Source: Tilletiaria anomala UBC 951
Lineage: Eukaryota
Length of the DNA stretch: 64,000 nt
Assembly: GCF_000711695.1 (NCBI RefSeq)
Contig: NW_013547012.1
Location: forward strand, 1-64,000
Reading direction: 5' to 3'
Shown here: piece by piece, positions 54,482-64,000 of the stretch
Layout of the letters: the number at the start of each line of letters is the position of its first letter
How positions within the stretch are numbered: position 1 is the first letter of the stretch
Notes under the pieces: model-generated
The model's database searches: none
Seen by the model: only the letters and a program-made list of their open reading frames with translations
Told to the model about the DNA's origin: nothing
Made by a program: the position numbers and the translations under genes

Positions 54482-57400
54482 ATGGAGCCAATGAAAGAAC
54501 AACAGCAGGGGCGTCCAGGATGTAGAGTTCAGGACCGCCTCTGCCGTTCGTTGGGAAGGCGGTGCGAACCCGAGAATCGTCGACAGCCCACCGATGTTGT
54601 CCATGGCGGCGGTGACTTGCAGCATGCAAAGGAGCAGCAACAGAAGCAAGGGGGTCATGAGGTTGTTGCTAATGTCGCCTCTCCGGCCAGAAAGCGTAGG
54701 CGCAAGTCAACGGTCGTCAGCCAGTTCAGCTCAGCCTCCCCATCCGCCTCGTCTCATGCAGTCGCTGCCGACGACTTCGAGACGACCAAGTCGGCTCGTA
54801 ATTGCCCGCGTTCATCTCGCGCATGCTCGCGGTGCTCGCAAAAGAAGGTACGCTGTGATGGCGAAGGGCCACCGTGCGGACCCTGCAGAAATTTCAATCT
54901 TGCGGAATGCTGCCAATTCAATCCAAACCCAAAGAAGCGTGGCCCGCCGAAAGGTTTCTGGGCAAAGCGGAAGCAGGAGCCGAAGGAGAGCCGTTTGGCC
55001 CCCAATAGTAACTCAGCAAAAACAACTATACCTTCACATCCTGCTCCTCAGACAGTTCCTCTATGTGGAGGTACCACGGCAATGGGAAAGGATATAGGAA
55101 AAGACAATACCAGGAACAAGCCCCAGACCACAGCCGCTTCTTCTACATTATCGCAAGACACCACTGTGAACATTGGGAACATTGCATCCCTACCTGCTCG
55201 CAAGAGGGGCGCTTCAGGGGCAACTGCGAAGAAGCAAAGAGGAGGGTCACGGCAGAGTAGTCCAGTGCCTCAAGTGCCGACATCAGCATCCACTGTTCCA
55301 CCTCCACAGACTGGGCCCTCTGAACCGTCCATCCTTTCTCATCCCCCATCAGGCTCATCTACCAGTTCGTTCCTGCTCTCTCATTCGCAATATCCACCCC
55401 AATCTCAGCTTCATGCACTGTCTTCGCACCCATATCCACCCCTGCAGCCACAGTCGGCAGCACAAGGCGCCGCGCGACAAGCAGCGTACGTGGACTCATT
55501 GCGTCAGCAGCAATACGCTGCGCAACAATACCCCCTTTCGAATCCTTCCGCTCAGGACGGATATGGAAATTCAGCATACGACACTGCAGAAGATTCTGCA
55601 GCCAGCGGTAGCGGCAGCTGCAGCGCAAGTCGTCCCTCTTATACGCGTCAACCTTGTGCGACACTTCCGGCTCCTACCTCGTACGATCGCGAAGCAAGCG
55701 TTGGTGGCACGTTCGGAAGAGAGATTTATACCAGCAGAATAACAGGCATCAGTAGTGGTATGAACATACCCGACTTCGCGAGCAGATTGAGCAATCGCCG
55801 TGGTGATGCCGCACTTCAAGGATCCGGGCAGGATCCTAGTGTCTCGCCAACCGCACCCATGCGGGCAGGGCTGAGGCCTACGTTCGCGCCTACGCTCCCT
55901 ACTGCATCACCAGCAAGCGCTAGCGCAGTATGGACACAGGATTTTGATCATGATGCAAAATCCGCCAACAGTGGAGCTAGGGCCGCCGTTGCTGAAGAGG
56001 CAAGTGCAACAATTGATGCTGTGGAATGGCGCTTGATCGAGACATACGTCGCATTCGTACATGCCCACTGGCCGATCCTGGCGGTCAACAAGCCGAGCTT
56101 TCACACTGAACCGCGGGGACCAGCTACCAGCGCTGCACAGGTGCCGCTGCAGGCAGCTGAACCAAGGAGAGACGGCGCTTCCATTGGCCTTGCTAACCAG
56201 CAGCAGTGGTCGGAACAACAGCCTCTAGTCACATACATCGCATCGCTGAAGACCAGCAATCCAATTCTGTTCAATGCGGCTCTTGCTGTGGTCAGCGCGA
56301 CCTTTGAAGCTGAGAAGGACATGAAACCTCGGTCCCAACTCAGCTCTATGGGCTCCTTGGACCCGCTCAATGCTGGTGACTCATTCACTTTAGCGGGGAC
56401 AGCGGGGGGATCTTTCGATGGCCCTTCTCCGGGACCAGGAGGAGTTATGCAAGATGTCTCGGTCGTGACGAGAGTCAGTCTGTCACAAACGCTTGGCTTA
56501 CCTGCAACAGGAAAAGACTTTGCCGTTGGCGAGCAAGCATCACAAGATTCTGCAAACAAAACGCTTAACGGGTCGGACCCTTTTGTGCGACAGCATGCTC
56601 GCCATACAGGAGATCCGCACGACTTGTCGCGGTCCTACGCGGATGAAAGCCGAAGCGCCATCCTTCCGATTGCCCATACGCGTCTCTTGTGGGTCGTACA
56701 AACGCTACTTCTTCTAGCACTCGCTGACCTCGGAGCGGGAAGGATGGCACAGGCCTTCATGATGAGCGGTATGGCTTGTCGGCTTGCGCTCGATATGAGT
56801 TTGCACCGCGTGGAGGGAGAAACGATTCTGCGAATGGAACGTGGACAGGGGGAAGATGTGGAAGAAGAAATCACGTTGAGGCGCCGAGCGTTTTGGGCGT
56901 GCTACATTCTGTGAGCTGCATGGAAACCTGACGCTCGGCATAGCGGTTCTTGCTGACAACCTACATGTCGCAACGTTTACAGCGACAAGGCTGTGTCTTG
57001 CGTCACCGAGAAGCCATTCGTGCTACGAAGCTCTGACATTGACGTCCCCTTTCCCTCGACCAACACTACCGACGAAGTTGAGCTTTGGCTCAACACGACT
57101 AGCGCGTCATTCGTGCAACACCGTGCGATTCCTGAGCTAAAGCTGTCTCGCTCTTACCGGATCTCTGTCTTCGTTGCTTGGGCAAAGCTGATGATCATCC
57201 TCGAGTATATTCTGGATGAGCTCTATTCACTCCCCGCAAGGAGATCAGCTCAAGCCGGCATGGCCGCAGACATGCGGCCGCTGAACGGGCGAGACGCGGG
57301 AGATAGCATGGAGATGAAGTTCCGAAGCATGTTGCGACTGCTGGGCGAGTGGGCAGAGGAGCTGCCTGAGGAGATCCGCTGGCATGGACTCTTCCCCGGC

Positions 57401-58368
57401 CACGACAATGCTAGTCGGCACGCCAGGACATCAGGCGCCAACCCTCATCGCGGCGTTGGACCCAACGTTTTGACGCTCAGGGCGTGGGCTAGCCTTTGCA
57501 TGCTTGCACTCCACCGGCCTTTCATTCCGCGTAACGTGTCAAATGGATCTCAAGGTGAAGCTGTCTCAAGTCTTTCAGCCTTGTCACATCCGGCACAGGC
57601 GTGCATTTCGGCGGCAGACGAAATTCTCAACTTGGTTGATGCGTTCGAGAGCACGTTCCCTGTGCGAAAAATTCCGTCAGGCTGGGTGGGTAGCGAGGAT
57701 CCAAATCTTTCCCTTTTAACGTTTGAAGTGCTCCGGTTGATGGCTCTTCGCTCGATTTTCAGGTCTTCCTCGTCTTCTCCAGTGCCACGATTTACTCTTC
57801 ATTTGGAACAGCATCCATGCCACAACAACCCATCTATAACGGACTCGTTGACGCCACCATGCAACAGCAGCAGTATCGTCTGACGCACGACACCGCGCTG
57901 CATTGCCAGCGCCAGTTAAATCGCTGCATCGAGCGTCTCAAACGTATATCAGAGACTCACAAGGGTGCAGCGCCGGACGTCGAAATTCTGCGGAATCTCA
58001 GCGATGTCCGCAACAGCATCGCCGGTAGCAGCAACGCTGCGGAGTCTACCTCTCAGAAGGCCAATCTTACCTCTTCCACAAGTGCGGACGCGCCGGCATT
58101 CTATCCGGCGCAGCCTCCTCCACATTCTGCATTTGCTACAAGCCAGCAGCAACGACAACCGCAGCTAGGTCCGTACGAGCATGCAAATCAGCACTCAGCT
58201 CAGCCGCAACAAGAAAGTCGCAGCGCATACGATAGCATGAACGAAGGGTTCATGCTCGAGGGGTTCTGGAACTCAATGCCATTTGGAGAAAGTTGGGACA
58301 GTTGGCGGAGCTACTTCAACCACTTGCAGCCAACCATCACTGCGCCCGTCTCGTCGTTCCCGCAATAA
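54482..58368 (+). CDS. Zn(II)2Cys6 transcription factor with fungal-specific middle homology domain
   Basis: ACSRCSQKKVRCDGEGPPCGPCRNFNLAECC, YVAFVHAHWPIL, SGMACRLALDMSLHR, RRRAFWACYILDK, LHRPFI. Exons 54482-56910, 56983-57685, 57763-58368. Confidence 0.92.
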
Positions 58369-58472
58369 GCTTGCGATTTGGCCACGGGTGGCTTGTAAAC
58401 ATGTTTGAAGCTCCAGGCTGCCTTCTAGTATACAAAAGAAAGACTGCACAGGGAGCGCTTGACCACATTGCA

Positions 58473-59948
58473 TTACGACAGCCAAACAGCATGGCTGGCG
58501 CCTTCATCGGCGTCATCACCTGCATCGTTTTTACCTTTACCTGGCAACTTGGTCTTCGCCACTTCTTTGAGGTCTTGCCCATTCCATTCCAGGATCCACA
58601 GCCAGCCCTGCTCATCATCCGTCAGAACAGCCAAGTCCTTGACTCTGGATGAGCTAGATTCCCTTTCTGCGTCCGAGCTCGCTGCAAAGCCAGATTCGTA
58701 TCGCATGGCAAACTCGACTGCGTTCGCCTTGCCTCCCGATGTTGGCGTCTCGTATGTGCATAACGGCTCGCTGACGACTGGCTGGTCGCTTTGCCCACTT
58801 TGAGAGAGCCGCCATGCTCGTATAATGCCCTTGGTCGCACGCGTCTTGCCTCGCGTGCTCGCGATGACGGAATGCCCATCAGGCGAGAGTCGCACCGTAT
58901 CACCGCGATAGTCGGCGCGCTGGACTCGGTCTGGTAATAGATCGAGCGACTGGAGATATTCAAGCTTGCCCATATTCTGTGCCACAGCTTGCGACGAAGA
59001 AGGAACGCGAAAGACATCGACGTAGGATGTGTGCTCTGTCACGCTAAAAATGAGTTTGCCATCCGGACTCGGGACCACGTGCCGTGGGCCGTCACCTTGG
59101 CGGGGACTCCGAGTCTCAGACAAGAGCTGTAGCGTCCCGTCCTTCTTGTCAACTTTATACGCCAAGATTGCATTCCGACCAAGGTCCGCGACATATGCAA
59201 CGCCGTTTCGAGCAACGTCAAGATTATGTGCACCGTATCGCAGTGCTCTGCGAGTCTTATCTGCTTGGGCCAGCGCGAACGGCGAAGGATCGGGGAGAAA
59301 ATTGAGCTCTTGTTCTTTGGAGAGGAGCGCACCACTCGATGGGTCGAGCGAGTGGACTTCTCCAGTAGGCCCTCCTGCTGAGTAGAGAAACCGGGAAGGG
59401 CCGGGAGGGACATTGTACGAAGGGGATGTTACGGACTTGAATGGTGGTGGTTGGACATGCACATAGGATGACGTCGCGGCTCCATCAAGCAACCGATTCC
59501 ATCAGTAAGCCTTGAACATGCCCCCTCCTGTGCCTTCATGAGGCTCACTAATCTCATTTGTGTTGATCCATTGCAGATCAACTTTACGAGCGTCTTGCTC
59601 GCTGACGCCGGCCTGGTCATCCAAGCCAGTTACTCGCCAAGCACTCAAGCTGGGTGGCGAGGCCCATGTCGTAGCATACAGCAGATCCGGCCGGTCGTCG
59701 CTCTGTGCGGTACGCCCCACTGCCAAGAATTGATGCGGGCCTTGCGCCTCTATCGAGCGAGATACGAAGAGAGCCTTGTTGAGGGTATCGTACGCGAGCA
59801 AGTGCAGGAAGGAGGTGTTGAACGTGCCAGTTATCAGGTGACGGAAACGTGGACACACGGAGGACGCCCTTGTTACCGCGAGCATCTCGAGCGTCGGCAA
59901 CTGCATGCTACTGCTGCTGCTAGCTGCTGCTGCACACGAGCCGGACAT
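58473..59948 (-). CDS. Lactonase-family 7-bladed beta-propeller, muconate / 3-carboxy-cis,cis-muconate cycloisomerase-like
   Basis: Motifs HLITGTFNT, GPHQFLA, YATTW, ITATSSYV (intron 59480-59548), YGAHNLD, VADLGRN, GDGPRHVV, VTEH, GDTVRLS, TSGGKANAVE, LTDDEQGW. Confidence 0.85.
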
Positions 59949-60300
59949 TATTGCCTAAACTATGGCGGCAACCGATGTCTTCCTTGGCAACATGTACGGA
60001 TCGGTGGTTGTAGTGTCCAACGTAGGACTCGCTCTCATCTTGTTATAGCTTGTGCAGCGGCCAGGATCGGACTTCCATCCGGACGGTAAAATCGGACGCT
60101 CCGCCGGATTCGACATTTTCTCGGCCGAAAGATAACCCCTCTATCATCGTGTGCTTGCCTAGCTAATGCACTCTAGACATTCACATACACATCCTCTTAT
60201 TGCGGTCACTCACATCTTGAAGAATAGTGTGATCCTTGACGGCAGAAAGTATAGTGCACGAAGGGGCGAATCTGAGGAGTATCTTTGACGAGCAGCCAAG

Positions 60301-61315
60301 ATGGGCGACCCGCGCTACAAATCTTCCGACTCAGGCCTTTTGCTCGTCTTCTCGGAGCCGGGCCAAAATGCCACGCTCGAAGAGTTTCACGGTGCGTCTC
60401 CGCATGAAACAGATTGTCGATCGCTTCTCTACCTTTTCTTTGTTACTGATCGCACTCAACTCCTGCTACGGACACAGATTGGTACGACACCGAGCACGTC
60501 CCGTTGCGCACTTCTCGCTTCCCTGAGTTTCGCTCTGCGGCGCGCTACCAAGTCATTTCCTCAGCCTCCTCGTTCGGCTCGGATGCATCTTCCTCTCCTG
60601 CATGGATGACTTCCGGCTGGGCAGCACTATACACTATCTCCTCCAATGCATTATACAACAATCCGGCGTACGCGAATCTGCGTTCGAATCGTTCGCTACG
60701 AGAGGCGGAACTCCTATCGCGCGTAGCGATCCTCGACCGGCGCATCTACACTCTCCAGTCAGACACCGAAGCGTCTAGCAGCAGCACTGAGGGCACGCCC
60801 AATGCCTCGCTGCGTCCCCAGTCAGCCAGCGAGATTGAGCTGAATGCTCCCATCGTCGTAGCAACGAGCGTGACGTTGGTGAACGAGGAAGCGCAGAAGG
60901 CGTACGACGAGTGGTACGATACCGAGCACGTACCGATGCTCATGAAGGTCCCAGGATGGAAACGTACGCGCAGGTTCGTCCTTATCGATGCTTTTATCAA
61001 TGGAAAGCTGGCCGGTAAAGAAAATGAGGACGGCAAGAGCGTGCCCACGTGTCTTGGTCTGCATGGTGAGCTCGCTAACCAGTCGCATCGTCGCGCCTAC
61101 AATGCTGACCAGGTGCTCTCCCAACTTCGCGTGTCGCAGAATACGAGAACAATGACTTTGCCTCGACGCCCGAGTACAAAGCTGCATTGAACACCGAGTG
61201 GCGACGCAAAGTGATGGGTCAAGACGACAAGAATGTCAAAGCCCGCGAGCGGAGAGTGATGAAACTGTACCGCGCATGGGATCCCGAGACGGCGCTCAAG
61301 GAGCAAGCAAACTAA
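60301..61315 (+). CDS. Tandem EthD/Dabb-like dimeric alpha-beta barrel protein
   Basis: Exons 60301-60391, 60478-61065, 61140-61315. Two internal repeats, EFHDWYDTEHVPLR..FPEFRSAARY and AYDEWYDTEHVPMLMKVPGWKRTRRF. Confidence 0.82.
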
Positions 61316-61464
61316 CGATGCGCTATGCTTGTAAGGGATTCTTTTGAACAACATGTGCGGGAATAACATGTTTGCTCGCCTGAAGGCGAGTGCGGCGGTG
61401 TGACATTAGATGTCTTCAAAATCTTGTCTACGCGAACGCGATAGCGTCCTTTTCTTCATTTACA

Positions 61465-63536
<2,072 letters not shown>

Positions 63537-64000
63537 GTTTGAGGAGGGTATCGTCCTCGGGTTCCTTGCGCGTGACTGAAGCGACTTGCTTTCGACAGTG
63601 GCTGCGAATCAAGTGCTCGTGGAATGAAGGGGGGAACGGACTGCAGGCAGAACGGAGAAGTGAGCGTCACAAGAAGGTAAATGGAATGCCAAAAGCTCGC
63701 CCTCGTTACTGCATGTGGTGGATGATACCCGAGACTCGACTGTCGGTTGGGGGTGGCCGCACGAGCCATGCTATGCCAGCACACCAGATTGACTCAACGT
63801 ACTTCCAGCTCTCTCGGCCGAAAGATTTAACCCTCGGGCCCTCCTTCCCCTGCATCATGCACTCAGCCTGATCGTCATCGCGTGCAGCAGCCGGTTATGC
63901 TTTCCAATTCCAACAATTCCGGTCGGCCTAGCAAGTCGACAAAAGCATGAAGAACTTCAAGCTTAACGCTCGGCGCTTGGCGTGGAAAGGTCACGGAAGC

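Overview
Gene-dense fungal nuclear DNA. The genes are GC-rich with short GT-AG introns and CTRAC/CTRAT branch points. The protein sequences point to a basidiomycete, probably Ustilaginomycotina (inference). I can support 22 intact protein-coding genes, with exon/intron models built by hand: UPF2, mitochondrial bL34, an MCH1-like MFS transporter, a membrane-anchored GH79, SNX3, PMP3, a Kic1/Nak1-like STE20 kinase, PHO8, SQS1, pyroglutamyl peptidase I, MET14, ARO1, ERG3, a BolA protein, proteasome alpha5 (PUP2), ENT3-like epsin, a quinone oxidoreductase, a Zn2Cys6 factor, a muconate-cycloisomerase-type beta-propeller, a double EthD/Dabb protein and phosphoglucomutase, plus a decayed CxxCxGxG zinc-finger pseudogene near the left end counted separately from the 21 intact genes named here. 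I recognised no tRNA, rRNA, transposon or CRISPR feature. The best leads lie outside the ORFs. Three intergenic segments look like structured non-coding RNAs: about 47870-48345 (+), a TATA...T5 Pol III-like unit at 35002-35244 (-), and the region 3' of UPF2 at about 7977-8670 (+), which contains a CCCTAACCC telomere-template-like 9-mer. There is also a compact QOR / Zn2Cys6 / lactonizing enzyme / EthD cluster with CGG-rich promoters. All RNA pairings were found by eye and have not been tested statistically.
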